64,000 nucleotides of DNA, from positions 1,178,001-1,242,000 of the forward strand of contig MU008160.1 of assembly GCA_010909165.1 (NCBI GenBank). Reading direction: 5' to 3'. A program made the translations under genes and the position numbers. The DNA is from Anthoceros angustus (Eukaryota; Plantae; Anthocerotophyta). Positions 12,103 to 24,478 of the stretch are shown in pieces (within the stretch, counting starts at the first letter, position 1; the number at the start of each line of letters is the position of its first letter). The notes below the pieces were generated by a model, which saw only the letters and a program-made list of their open reading frames with translations, ran no database searches and was not told the origin of the DNA.

Positions 12103-13084
12103 ATGAGAGGCCGGGGCGGCATGGTGCTATGGCTGCGATTGCTGCTCCTGCTTCCTGGAGAAGCCTGCAAGACGATTTCCAGATCGTTTGCCACAGCTGC
12201 AGCGGCAACCAAGGTGGCAGCTGCCTTGCACAATCCTTGGGTGAGTGCCTTTTGCTGGTGTGAAGCTGGGCCAGGCACCAAGGATCAAGGTTAGGGTTCC
12301 CGGTGTTGCTGGCAAGGTGTAGGAGCAGGAGCAGCTGGATCTCTCCCTGAGGAGGTTATTTGAGGAGGGAAGGCTCAGTGATGTGGTTGAGGCGTTGGAC
12401 CTAGTGGTGCAGCGATCCTCGTTTGTTCCCCACACTCACTTCTATCGTGTTCTCGTGCATCTCAGACAGGGATTTGGATCTTGGCAAGCGTGTGCATGCC
12501 CTCTCCCTTAGAAGTGGGTATGAGTCGAACACGTTCCTGGCCAACCTCATCATTCGCATGTTTGCTTCTCATGGGAAGCTGGAGGAAGCATGCAGGTATT
12601 TTTAATGTGACTGCACCAGACATCTTTATGTGGCATTCCATCATCTCAGCCTTTGCTGAGCATGGCCAGTTCACCCAGGCTGTGCAACTGTATCGTTGGA
12701 GCGGACGTCGGGGTTAAACCCAACAACTATGTATATGTGGTCGTCGAAAGTGTGTTCTAGCGCAGCCGATTTGGCTTCTGAGAAGGAGGTTCATGCTGAT
12801 ATACTGCGAAGTGGCGCTGAGCTGGATGTATTCGTCAGTAGTTGTCTAGCAGACATGTATGCGAAATGTGGGGAGGTGGATGAGGCTCGCGGAGTTTTCA
12901 GCAGCTTGTCCCAAAGGAATGTGGTCACCTGGACAGTCATGATTTCAGGATATGCGGAGCGTGGGTTTGGTCAAGAAGCTCTGAGTCTTTATGTAAATAT
13001 GCTACAAGAGGGTGTGACTCCTGATGATTTCACGTTTGCCAGCGTTTTAGAAGCTTGTGGCCTTGTGAGAGATCGACATCGTGG
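12103..13084 (+). pseudogene. Partial copy of the 13866-15959 PPR pseudogene (duplication unit 1)
   Basis: Near-identical to 13866-14847; ends at the duplication junction. Confidence 0.85.
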
Positions 13085-13157
13085 GAAGCAGCTGACTCTC
13101 TCCTTCTCCAGAGCAAGGCAGGAGCTCCCAACAAGCCAGGCGCTTGCTGCGGCGGCC

Positions 13158-13460
13158 ATGGCTTCCGGGCTGGGTGTGTGGAGCTACATGGCGTAACGGG
13201 CTTGGGGGTGTTTGCTCTCTTGTTTACTATCATCAGGCAGAAGCGGAAGATGATGGAGATGGGTTTCGGGTCCGAGTCCGGTTCCAGCAAGGTCATGAAG
13301 GGCCAGCCTGGCTGTGTGACTGACCAGGTTCCCGTTTGGGCTGGTGGATGCAAGGCAAGGACGCCACTGAATTCTTCTTGACAGCACGGGGAACAGGTGG
13401 AGCTTTCAGAATTGCCTGGTCTTTCTACGCTGCCGCGATAGGGTCATGGGCAATTTTCTC
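13158..13460 (+). pseudogene. Second copy of the symporter 5' fragment plus PPR-start junction
   Basis: Duplicate of 11391-11693. Confidence 0.85.
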
Positions 13461-13865
13461 AGGAGGGAGCAGGAGGGACGGCATGGCGCTGTTGCTGTTG
13501 CAAAATGTGGCGTGCTTTTGTATTCGGAGCAGCAACGGTCAGTTTGTGACTGAAATTTGAAGCAAAGCTTAAGGGGCGCGGACGATGGCCTGACACTGCG
13601 CTCCCAGCCAGACGAAAGAATTCCGCAGAAAGCGAAACGGTGGGGAGATATGCCCTCGGACACAAGTGGGTATACGACTTCACGCTCAAAACGTCCAGGT
13701 GCAGGAGCTGCTCTTGTCCAAGGCCATGAGTGATTTTGCTGCATCACATCTTGCCTGTTCAGCGGGATGGACTTCAGATTGGGCAAGCCACATCGGGGAC
13801 CAAGGTGAAGACGGCATCGTCCGGCCTGTTTCTGGGGTTCATGAATTCGACCGCAGTCGCCTCGC

Positions 13866-15959
13866 ATGAGAGGCCGGGGCGGCATGGTGCTATGGCTGCG
13901 ATTGCTGCTCCTGCTTCCTGGAGAAGCCTGCAAGACGATTTCCAGATCGTTTGCCACAGCTGCAGCGGCAACCAAGGTGGCAGCTGCCTTGCACAATCCT
14001 TGGGTGAGTGCCTTTGCTGGTGTGAAGCTGGGCCAGGCACCAAGGATCAAGGTTAGGGTTCCAGTGTTGCTGGCAAGGTGTAGGAGCAGGAGCAGCTGGA
14101 TCTCTCCTGAGGAGGTTATTTGAGGAGGAAGGCTCAGTGATGTGGTTGAGGCGTTGGACCTAGTGGTGCAGCGATCCTCGTTTGTTCCCCACACTCACTT
14201 CTATCGTGTTCTCGTGCATCTCAGACAGGGATTTGGATCTTGGCAAGCGTGTGCATGCCCTCTCCCTTAGAAGTGGGTATGAGTCGAACACGTTCCTGGC
14301 CAACCTCATCATTCGCATGTTTGCTTCTCATGGGAAGCTGGAGGAAGCATGCAGGTATTTTTTAATGTGACTGCACCAGACATCTTTATGTGGCATTCCA
14401 TCATCTCAGCCTTTGCTGAGCATGGCCAGTTCACCCAGGCTGTGCAACTGTATCGTTGGAGCGGACGTCGGGGGTTAAACCCAACAACTATGTATATGTG
14501 GTCGTCCCGAAAGTGTGTTCTAGCGCAGCCGATTTGGCTTCTGAGAAGGAGGTTCATGCTGATATACTGCGAAGTGGCGCTGAGCTGGATGTATTCGTCA
14601 GTAGTTGTCTAGCAGACATGTATGCGAAATGTGGGGAGGTGGATGAGGCTCGCGGAGTTTTCAGCAGCTTGTCCCAAAGGAATGTGGTCACCTGGACAGT
14701 CATGATTTCAGGATATGCGGAGCGTGGGTTTGGTCAAGAAGCTCTGAGTCTTTATGTAAATATGCTACAAGAGGGTGTGACTCCTGATGATTTCACGTTT
14801 GCCAGCGTTTTAGAAGCTTGTGGCCTTGTGAGAGATCGACATCGTGGGAAGCAGCTTCATGTGCATATTCAAGAAAGCGGAGTGGTAGCGGATGTGGTTG
14901 TGGGTAATTACCTCATAGAGATGTATGCGAAGTGTGGAAGTGTGGAGGACGCTCAGAGAGTGTTAGACACAATGTCTCATAAAGATGTCGTAACCGTAAC
15001 GTGGAATGCCATGCCGACAGGATTTGTTGAGCATGGTCTTGGTAGGGAAACTTTTGGTCTTCATGCACGAATGCAACAGGAGGGCACCACACCCAGTCCT
15101 GCTACGCTTGCCTCCCTCCTACGAGCATGTGCTAGCACCCGAGACTTGTAACAGGGAATGGAGCTTCATGCTCAGATCAATAATTGGGGACTAGAAGGTG
15201 ATGTGGTTATCGGCAGCTGCTTGGTTGACACGTATGTCAAATGTAGGAGCTTGGAGGATGCACGGCGTGTGTTTGATGGGTTGCGCACCAGAGATGTGGT
15301 GCTGTGAACTGCCATGATAGCAGCATATGCTCAGAATGGCCTTGGTGAAGAAGCCCTCAGTTTGTATGCCAACATGCAAAAGCAGGGCCTCACTCCTGTA
15401 AATTATGTGACAGTCGTCTGCCTCCTTCAAGCATGTGCCAGTGTGGGCGCTCTGAATCAAGGTAAGCAGCTTCACGCAGAGATCAACGAACAAGGACTGG
15501 AGCCTGACTTGGTGATTGGCAACTGCCTGGAGAAGTTGCAAGCTTGCAAGCGCTAGGAAGAAGCTTGCAAAGGCGTGCATCGAAGTAGAAAACCAGGTGC
15601 ACCAGTTCAGAGTAGGAGAAGAAAGGGATGACATATCGTCCAAGCTCATGAGCGTGAACCCACGGCTGAAGGAGGAAGGAGGCCATGTGCCATCTGGTGA
15701 TGAAGGCAGTGTCAGAGGCGGAAAAGGAAGATGCCTTGTGTGGGCCTGCTGAGAAACCGGAATTGGCATGTGGTCTGCTGACAACCCCAGATGGCACACC
15801 CTTGCTGGTTACCAGGAAACTTCGGATCGCAACGATTGCCACAACGGCACCAAGAACTTGTCGAGGCTGGATGGTGTGTCGAGGCTGTGTGGTCAGAGGT
15901 GCACAACCTACGCACTGTTTTGTAGACGGCTCAATGTTCCTGTGGTGATAGGCGTTTGA
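13866..15959 (+). pseudogene. PLS-class PPR-DYW:KP pseudogene with a mitochondrial-like presequence
   Basis: Presequence MRGRGG...RSFATAAAA; P/L/S motifs (VFVSSCLADMYAKCG, VVTWTVMISGYA); KKLAKACIEV; CGPAEK in place of CGHAEK; ends CGDR. Frameshifts, stops and a deletion across P2-E2. Confidence 0.9.
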
Positions 15960-16139
15960 TAGTACATAGTTGAGGATAGGAGCTGTAGGTAGATAAAAAT
16001 ACTATACTTGAGGACTGAACAAGCAATTCAAGACAAGCTCTTGCTGCTTAATACTTGATTGGAGCCTGTGCAAATCAGTGCATCAGTTGGAAGGCCTGGG
16101 AGCCTCTGGATGGCAAGGATGTGACAAACGAATGCCTGT

Positions 16140-16385
16140 TAAGTTTGCAAGGGCATTTTTGGTGGGAACCTACCTGTCCAGCATAACTTTGAAGACATGT
16201 TACTCTCGTTTGCAAGGGCGTTTCTGGTGGGAAACCTACCTGTCCAGCATAACTTTGAAGACATGTTACTCTCGTTTGCAAGGGCGTTTCTGGTGGGAAA
16301 CCTACCTGTCCAGCATAACTTTGAAGACACGTTACACTTGTGTGCACGTTTTTGGTGGGAACCTACCAGTCCAGCATAACTTTGA
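16140..16385. repeat. ~62-bp tandem repeat, about 4 copies
   Basis: TTTGCAAGGGCGTTTCTGGTGGGAAACCTACCTGTCCAGCATAACTTTGAAGACATGTTACTCTCG units. Confidence 0.9.
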
Positions 16386-17049
16386 GTAGCTTCAGTTGCC
16401 ACCCACGACTTGTGAATATTTGTTTTGATGTCCCCGTTGTATCCCTGTTTCATTTTCAACAAAGACTCGTCAACAAGGAGTTGCTAGCAAAAGAACAGTT
16501 TGTCAACACAACTTGTAAACAAACGAAGACCAATCCCTGGAACGAGTAAAAGCATGCCAATGACATGGTAACATTTTTTTTTATTTACTTAGTGAACAAT
16601 GTAAAATAGTGGGAAACTGTCCCAGCGAGAACTTGAAAAACTTAACGAACATCACTCTCAACAGCCTCTTGGAAGTCCACCAACCAGAAGAGAAGAAGAG
16701 AAGATCCTCGTGAAAAATAGGGGGCTAGCATGCATGCCCCACCCAGGTTTTCAAGGACGTACAAACAGCCTGGGCTGCTGCTTACCAGCAAGCTTGAACT
16801 AAGGGCCATAAGGCAGCACAGGAGAAGCAAGGACACAGCAGCAAGGACAGAGCAGCATCAGTTTTGCCTTGGCAAGCTTGGCCTCCCTGCAGCGGGGGAA
16901 ATGGGTACTGTAACCTGCCGACCCATGGCAGTCCTGCAAGCTCTATGGGTCTGGAAGAGGGAACCTGAATGGGGAAGAAGAAGCAAGAGGGCAAACATTG
17001 AGCAGCACACATAAACACAGAATGTGTACAAGAGGGCAAGGCAAACCAA

Positions 17050-17292
17050 GGCAAAGAAGAGGAAGAAGGAAGAGGGAAGAAGAAGAGGAAGGGGGAAGCA
17101 GAAGAGAAAGAGGGAAGAAGAAGAGGAAAAGGGACGAAGAAGAGGAAAAGGGAAGAAGAAGAGGAAAAGGGAAGAAGAAGATGAAGAGGGAAGAAGAAGA
17201 TGAGGAGGGAAGAAGAAGATGAGGAGGGAAGAAGAAGAGGAAGAGGGAAGAGGAAGATGAAGAGGGGAGAAGAAGATGAAGAGGGAAGAACA
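17050..17292. repeat. Polypurine (GAA/GAGG) low-complexity tract just downstream of the LPCAT stop codon
   Basis: About 240 bp of almost pure purines on the + strand. Confidence 0.9.
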
Positions 17293-17297
17293 AGTTG

Positions 17298-18776
17298 TCA
17301 TTGATCCTTGTTTGCAGCAGGTATCCTGGCGATCCTTGGTGGCTTCACCAGGCGGCCGAAGAGGATGACCAGGATGGGCAGCACGGTCCCAGACCACCAC
17401 ATGCTGCGGTAAGCCTGGATCGTGTCGGACGCATCCAGCACCAAAAATCCAATGCAGGAGTAGTGCAGCACGAAGGAGGCGAATGAGGCTCCCAAAAGCC
17501 AGGCCGCAGCCCGTCCGAGGCGAGTCCGCGCCATGGCCAGCTGCCACTTGTAGATGACCCTGGCGCCAGCGATCATCAACGCCGTGTGCACGAAGAACAG
17601 AAGGTAGCCCGAATACAGCCCATGCCAAACAGCGCTCACCACCTGGGTGGCAAGCAACTGCAGGAACCCGGGCTTTCTCCCCCTGCCCACCAGCCGCTGA
17701 TACACGTAGACTCGCAGCCAGGTCCCCACATGGATGTTCCAGAAGAGCGGCAGCTCCGCCCCGCTGCCCACAAACTCCACCCTTGGGATGTCCACGTTCC
17801 TGGCCCGATCCCACTTGGGTCCCCCGGGCCCCAGCCCGCTGAATCCCAATCCGGACACGATCACTGCCGCCTCCGACAGGCTCCAGATGAAGTAGTACTT
17901 CCACCTTGCTGTGAATCCGCACATCCAGATGAAGCAGAACCGCTTCCAGACCGGCCAAACCTGGTAAGCCGGGCTGGAGAGAAACGCCAAGGGGAAGAGC
18001 GGGGACAGATACATGAAGAGCAGCATGCAAATGGCGGATCTGGCCACAGCCCGGAGCGTGGCCCCCCAGGGAGCGGGAACCGGCCCAGCCCACAATCCGT
18101 CCCGCTGCGTCCAGTCCTGGTAGTCTCGGTACTCGTACACGGGCCCCGCCAGGTGGGTTCCGCAGCAGAAGCAGAATCCGAGGTACTGGATCGGGGATGG
18201 CAAAGTGCGGATGATCCTCCTCTCCCGCTCCTTGTCCAGCTGCTGCTGAGGCAGCAATTTCTGCTCTTGTTGATTCAGCTGCTCTCGTTGCTGCTGCTCC
18301 TGGAGGTGGGCGATGGCGGATGGGGAGCCGTCCTGGTAGTTCATGGCGGCTGCGATCACCTTGAGGGTGAGGACCATGAGGGCGCCCGTGGCGTCAATGC
18401 CACCCTGCTTCCAGGCGTCCCCGCTCATGAAGCGTACATGACAGGCCAGGAGGAAGCCGAAGGCGAGGAGGAAGGTGAGGGAGCCGCAGCGGGGGCGGAA
18501 GAGGAGCATGGAGAGGTAGGAGGCGAGCACGGGGAGAGCGCAGAGCAGCACAGCCTGCCATCCGAAGGCCAGGTAGGTGAGGAGCAGGCCCGAGACGGCG
18601 GCGTAGGCGTGGCGGACGCCCGGGAGCGAGCCTGGCACCAGCCGCCATGCCCAGCTCGCCGGGAGCGTGGCCGCGAAGGCGATCAGGAAGCGCAACACGG
18701 GCACCGAGACCCCCAGCAGCTCCGAGGCTTGCGCCAGATCCACAGACCCAGAGCTGTTGTTGCTGTTGCTGCCCAT
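17298..18776 (-). CDS. LPCAT: MBOAT-family lysophospholipid acyltransferase (LPCAT/LPLAT), single exon
   Basis: GGIDATGALMVLTLK, GTHLAGP, ARWKYYFIWSLSEA, WDRARNVD, WNIHVGTWLR and SAVWHGLYSGY (catalytic His). First in-frame ATG at 18776; the ORF track opens at an upstream TTG. Confidence 0.93.
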   Translation of the reverse strand: MGSNSNNSSGSVDLAQASELLGVSVPVLRFLIAFAATLPASWAWRLVPGSLPGVRHAYAAVSGLLLTYLAFGWQAVLLCALPVLASYLSMLLFRPRCGSLTFLLAFGFLLACHVRFMSGDAWKQGGIDATGALMVLTLKVIAAAMNYQDGSPSAIAHLQEQQQREQLNQQEQKLLPQQQLDKERERRIIRTLPSPIQYLGFCFCCGTHLAGPVYEYRDYQDWTQRDGLWAGPVPAPWGATLRAVARSAICMLLFMYLSPLFPLAFLSSPAYQVWPVWKRFCFIWMCGFTARWKYYFIWSLSEAAVIVSGLGFSGLGPGGPKWDRARNVDIPRVEFVGSGAELPLFWNIHVGTWLRVYVYQRLVGRGRKPGFLQLLATQVVSAVWHGLYSGYLLFFVHTALMIAGARVIYKWQLAMARTRLGRAAAWLLGASFASFVLHYSCIGFLVLDASDTIQAYRSMWWSGTVLPILVILFGRLVKPPRIARIPAANKDQ

Positions 18777-19702
18777 AGCCGCCGCCGCTCCTGCTGCTGC
18801 TGCTCCTGTCTCCTCTGCGTCCGGAGCCGGCGCTCTGTGCTTCTTATTATGCGCTGTCTCCAGCTGCTGAATCCCGCCTGCTGATGTTGCCAAGTTTTCG
18901 TGTCTGGGACGGATTTAGAACTGTCCGCATCGGGTATAGCAGTTCCTCGACGAAGTCACGCCTGCTCCTCTTCATCCTCCCCGATGCTCGCTGTCGGGAG
19001 GCTCTTGCGGAAAACGGCGAAGACTTCTATAAGGGGAGGGGCTGACAGGCAGGCTTCAGTCCATGCATGCTTTTGATTTGATGGTCACGGATGTGCCTAG
19101 TGCTTGGCTTCACTGAGACTCGGTTGCCTCCTTTCAATCGGATCATGTCCGCCATGGTCTGCAACCACCGAATGCTCACGTTTATCGATGCTTCGTATGA
19201 CTGCCTATCCCCGCAAAGTCTCCACCCGTCTCTGCGCAATAGCTCCAGCACATCTGGCCCTGAAATTGAGATGCAACATCTCTGACTTCGTCACCCTAAA
19301 AGCAACTGCCTGTACGCGCACGATGGACTTCAACTACACCGCTAGTCAGCATCATGTACTCAGTGGACATGATCAGAAAGACAACGTAAAATGCCTTCCT
19401 ACTCTGCCTTTCAGTCCCAGCTCGAATAGCAAGCTCGTGACTTAGATTCCTAACAAAGGACACAAATCAAGTCAGGGAGCAGAGTTGGCCATATGGTCAA
19501 CAGTGACGAGTGATTTTGGTGTGACCAGATTGGATCAAGAGTTTAAAAGGACAGCTCGACACTGTGATGGAGTCTCTGATTACTCTGCTTTGTGAACAGC
19601 CTTGGTGCAACGCCTCTGATGGAGGTTATGATCTCCGGGGGGAGAGCAGTTGCACAGCTCAAGCGAACATGCCACACTTTCGTGCAAACGTACACTTACC
19701 GG

Positions 19703-22700
19703 TCAATGCCTATCCCCACACGAACAAAATCCATCCAGGAGACGGTGCACTTGGTGTGAATCTCGAACTATAATCTCTCGCTGTTCAAGGCGTGACATGA
19801 TCTTGGAGCTGCTGTGGCAGTCATGACACATTCGAAGGTTTTTAAGTACCTAGCAGAAGTGTGCCATCAGGAGTGTTCAGCAGTCCATCCGCCAAGGCCA
19901 GCTTCTCTGCATGGCCACACAAGGCATCTTCATTCTCCTGTTCGGACACTGCTCTCAGCACCGACTGTGTTTGCGGCACATGCCCACCTTGCTTCTTCAA
20001 CCTCATACATACACTCCTCAGCTTTGATGAGATGTCAGCCCTCTCCTCTCCCACAGTAAACTCGTGGACCTTGTTCTGCACTTCGATGCACACCTTTGCA
20101 GCCTTCTTCCAGGCACGTGCCGACTTTCTAAGCCTCTCGATTGTGCCCACGCCTTCCCACCTGCCAGCGTTCACGTACATGGAAACCAACAAAACATTAT
20201 GGTGAGGCATTTCCAGGTTCCAGTTCTGTAAGATGCTCGAAACATTGCCTTCCACCCTCTGCATCACCATGGTTCTTACAGGCACTCAGCAGTGACGTCC
20301 AGCCCACCACACGGTTCTGGAATGGCTTAGCCTGCAGAAACGACTTCGCTTCATCCAGATGTCCTGATTGCCCAAGAAGGTCCACCATGCAGTTGTAGTG
20401 ATCATCTGTGGGTACAATACCGTTGTCCTCCACCATCATTTTGAAGTACCGCTGGCCCTCCTCCACCAGACCGACGTGACAGCATGCCACAAGCATGCTG
20501 TCACGTCGGTCTGGTGGACTCATTAGGCTCCACGCCTTGCTGAGACATCTCATCAAAGCACTGCTTTGCCTTTTGACCATTGCCATGTTCGGCATAGCCA
20601 TTGAGCAGAGCACTCCATGTAACCACACCCCATACGGGCAACCTGTCAACTCCTCGGCGAGCTTCCTCGAGGCTCCCACACTTAGAATACATGTCCACCA
20701 GGCAGTTGCTGACCATTACATTAGCTTCCAATCCCTGTTCCTGAATCTCTGCACGAAGCTCCCTCCCATAATGCACCACTCCCACGCTGGAACATGCTTG
20801 AAGGAGGGACACAAATGTCAGGTGATTGGGGGTGGTGCCCTCCTGCTGCATACTGGCATAGAGAGCTATAGCTTCACGACCGAGCCCCTACTGAGTGTAT
20901 CCTGCGATCATGGCATTCCAAGTCACCACGTCTCTTATAGGCAATTTGGAAAACAAAGCACGAGCATCCTCCGGGCTTTCACCTTTGGCATACATGCCCA
21001 TCATGCTGATGCAAACAGAGACATCAGCTTCCAGGCACCTATCACGGATCTGTGCATGAAGCTGCTTCCCCCGATGCAATGCTCCCACACTGGCACATGC
21101 TTGAAGTAGGCAGAGAAATGTAATATGGTCGGCCGGAGTCAAGCCCATCATCTGCATCCTGTCATACAGATCAAGAACTTTCCTGCAATCATGGCATTCC
21201 AAGTCACCAAATCTTTCGTGGGCAATGAATCAAACACTTGGCGAGCATCACCTACACTCCCGCATTTAGAGTACATGTCCACCAGGCAGTTACCTGTAAC
21301 AACAACAGCTGCAAGCCCTTCCAGCTCAATCTGCATATGAAGCTGCTTCCCCTGGTGCAGGGCCCCAATACTGGCACACGCACACATATGTAACTCGATC
21401 ACCCAGGATCATGCTCTCTCTCTCATGGGTAGTCGGTCAAACACTCTGCGAGCATCCTCCACGCTGCCGCATTTTGGAATACATGTCCACCAAGCAATTG
21501 CCAACAAGTAAATCAGCATCTAGTCCTCTTTGCCGAATCTCTTTGTGAAGCTGCTTCCCTTGATGCAAAGCTTCCAAACTAGCACACGACTGGAGTGAGC
21601 ACACGAATGTTACCTTATTGACTTGAAAGCCATCAAGTTACATCCTATCGTACAGATGAAAAACTTCTTCACGAAGATCCTGCTAAGCATATCCAGCAAT
21701 CATAGCATTCCATTCCACCACCGTCTTGGTGGCCATTGCATCGAGAAACTGTGCGAGCCTCCTCCAACCTCCTGCATTTGGCATACATGTTCACCAGGCT
21801 GCTGCCAACGAAGCTACTAGACTTGGCATCACTGCCCAGAATATCAGCATGCACCTCCTTTCCTGCAACCAAGTCCGTGGCAGATCCGCACGCCTTCAGA
21901 ACTGCCACAAAGATGTGGTTGTCCGGCTTCAAGCCCGACTCCCGCATCTGCCTGTAAAAGGCGATGACCTCCGCAGGCCGTCCCAGCCGGGCATATGCCA
22001 GAATGATGGAAGACCACATGTAGACATTGGGTACCTCCACTTTCCCGAATACCTGCACTGCATTCTCCTGCTTGCGATGGGCAGCATACATCCCCAAAAT
22101 GTGGGTTGCCACGAATGCGTCGCTCTCGTACCCGCCATTCCTGGCAATGGAATGCACTTTCCTACCCAGCAGCAGGTCCTTCTCTCCCGAGCACCTCTTC
22201 AGCAAACGATACAGAACAGAGTCAGGCACGCGACATCCCCGCTGCACCAGGCCGTCCAACGCTTCCACAGCCTCGCTCAGCTCCCCATCCTCGCATCTCC
22301 TGCTCAGCCTCTCCACCATTGCCGCCCTTTCCCCATCCCCATCCCCTGCGCCTCCATCCCCCTTGGCCAGCTGCAAACCCCACCCATTCCGGCTTCAGCC
22401 GGCTGTTGAGCCACAGCACCCGCCTGGATACCTTGTGCCTGAAGTCGGGATAGCGGGGACTGGGCTTGTCCGCCCCGTTGTCCCACCGCTGCCTGGGATC
22501 CACGAAGAATTGGTGCCACAGCCGCTCCTCCCCGGTCTCTGCGGCACCAACAGCCTGCGGGGTATAAGGCCTGCACACTCCCGTCCCCGGAGCTCGGCGG
22601 CTGCAGCAGCTGACGCAACGTCGGCAGGGGAAGGGGACACGGCAGAATTTCTGCCAGTGCCATGGCCATGCCCACCACCGGGTTCCATCGTGATGGATGG

Positions 22701-22950
22701 AAAACAACAAAATCAAAGCGGATATCCAGTCCTCGTCGTCATCCGGGCGATGGAATTTCCTTCCCTCTTACCCCACATTGTTGGTGCTGATCGGAGGCTT
22801 GTACGCAGGTTGTTTGTGCGGTGCTTTGTTGGATGTTTGCTTAGGAAAGAGGTTTCAGAATTCTGTGTCTGTCCAGCTTTGACATCCGCGAATGCCAACA
22901 GGCGGGTTTTCCGAGTAGTCAGCAATTGGCAGCAAGGTACGGATCTTCTC
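19703..22950 (-). pseudogene. PLS-class PPR-DYW:KP (DRH) pseudogene
   Basis: P/L/S, P2-L2-S2 and E motifs over several frames; KKAAKVCIEV, CGHAEKLAL, LRMCHDCH and terminal CSCGDRH-stop. In-frame TAG/TAA codons and frameshifts. The 5' boundary is approximate. Confidence 0.9.
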
Positions 22951-23079
22951 CACCACCATTCATCTTGCCTGTTCAGCGGGATGGACTCCAGATAAGGCAA
23001 GCCACATCAGGGACCAAGGTGAAGACGGCACCGGCCAGCCTATTTCTGGGGTTCATGAATTGGACCCCACACGCCTCTC

Positions 23080-23411
23080 ATGAGAGGCCGGGGTGGCATG
23101 TTGCTACGGCTACGATTGCTGCTCCTGCGTCCTGGAGAAGGCTGTGAGACGCTTTCCAGATCGTTTGCCACAACTGCAGCGGCAACCAAGGTAACAGCTG
23201 CCTTGCACAATCCTTGGATGAGTGTCTTGGCTGGTGTGAAGCTGGGGCAGGCACCAAGGACCAAGGTTAGGGTTCCCGGAGATGCTGGCAAGGAGCAGGA
23301 GCAGGCGCAGCTGGATCTTTCCCTGAGGCGGTTATTTGAGGAGGGCTCAGTGATGTGACTGAGGCGTTGGACCTACAGGTGCAGCAATCCTCAATCGTTC
23401 CCCACACTCAC
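23080..23411 (+). pseudogene. 5' fragment (presequence and first motif) of a PPR gene paralogous to 13866, cut off by foreign sequence
   Basis: MRGRGGMLLRLRLLLL...RSFATTAAA aligns to 12103 and 13866; similarity stops at about 23411. Confidence 0.8.
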
Positions 23412-23993
23412 CATTTACTCTGCACGGTCCGTTCGCATACCCGACCACCATGCCGTTGGAACCCGGATTGAAATCGCAGTGGCACGCAGGAAGCGCCATC
23501 TTCCACCAACTCACCGGCGAAGCGCTTCCGATATCCTCCTGACTAGGCGAAATGACAAATAAATCGACGAACGTGGACACCACTGCCGTGAGAACGCGCG
23601 GAGAACGAATGTGAATTGGCATATATTCGCAAGCTTGCCAAGCCCGTGGAACTCAAGATTATGAGATGAGTTTACTATGAGTTTATCATGTGCCACACAA
23701 AGCGGAACGGAATGTTACAAAAAAACAAGCTGACCGATCATCGTGTAAAAGCAATTCGCTCTCAAATCCATCTCACCGTGCGTTAGAGCCTTAGTCACGG
23801 ACCCATAGTGTAAGCCTACATGACAAGTGGTTTCGGCTGCAGTGATGATTCTTCAAAAAAAACCCTAGACATTCCATAGCGGACGTGCCACAACAAGGGC
23901 TTCTATAGTATTACATGGGGTAGACACAACAAGGGCTACCATAATATATCATAGGGTGTATAGTCGCGGGTCTGATGCCCTCTAGTAGTTTGT

Positions 23994-24478
23994 TCACAAT
24001 GCGGGTCTGATGCCCTTTAGTAGTTTGTTCACAACTGCCTTGGTGTAGATGGGACTTCCCCTCTCTACTTTTTTTATAAAATCTCCATGTTCATAACATA
24101 ACATGGGACACCTAAAATATAATTTAGGGTTAGAACACGAGAGTATATTTTCTAGTAGTGTTATTTTATCAATTGTTGTGAGTACACTGATCAATAGATC
24201 TTGTGCCTTCTCGTTACAGGCAAGTTAAAGGTCAAGCTCAAATCATGCAGTGGATTTGGGAATTGTACAATGAACAATGCCCAGAAATCTCTTTGCCGCA
24301 AAACTCCTTTTCTTCTTGAGAACCAAATATCATAATCTCTTCCATTAAATCTATCTTTCTCTTTCAAGTTGTCACCATAATGATTGACCACAGTATTATC
24401 ATTGATATCATTTATAGGTGGATTACCTCGTAGACTAAAGGGAACATCTTGTTCCTCTTGGTCAACTTCTCCAGCCAT
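23994..24478 (-). mobile_element. Copia gag N-terminal remnant with an AT-rich leader upstream
   Basis: KEKDRFNGRDYDIWFSRRKGVLRQRDFW matches the Copia gag N-terminal motif and the 10.5-kb remnant. Confidence 0.65.

Larger units (their letters stand above)
11317..14847 (+). repeat. Two-copy tandem duplication (units 11317-13084 and 13085-14847)
   Basis: Units are near-identical and differ mainly by 1-3 nt indels. GAAGCAGCT occurs at 11317, 13085 and 14848. Confidence 0.93.

Noticed and set aside
16858-18884. Long 411-aa and 432-aa ORFs overlapping LPCAT
   Set aside because: Shadow frames of a GC-rich gene extended by a stop-free GAA tract; no domain motifs.
19703-22950. In-frame TAG/TAA codons at Gln positions of the PPR pseudogenes, the kind of stop that U-to-C editing repairs
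   Set aside because: These are nuclear genes. G-to-A stops (TGG to TGA/TAG in the 15-kb copy), frameshifts and deletions co-occur, so ordinary methylation-driven decay explains them.
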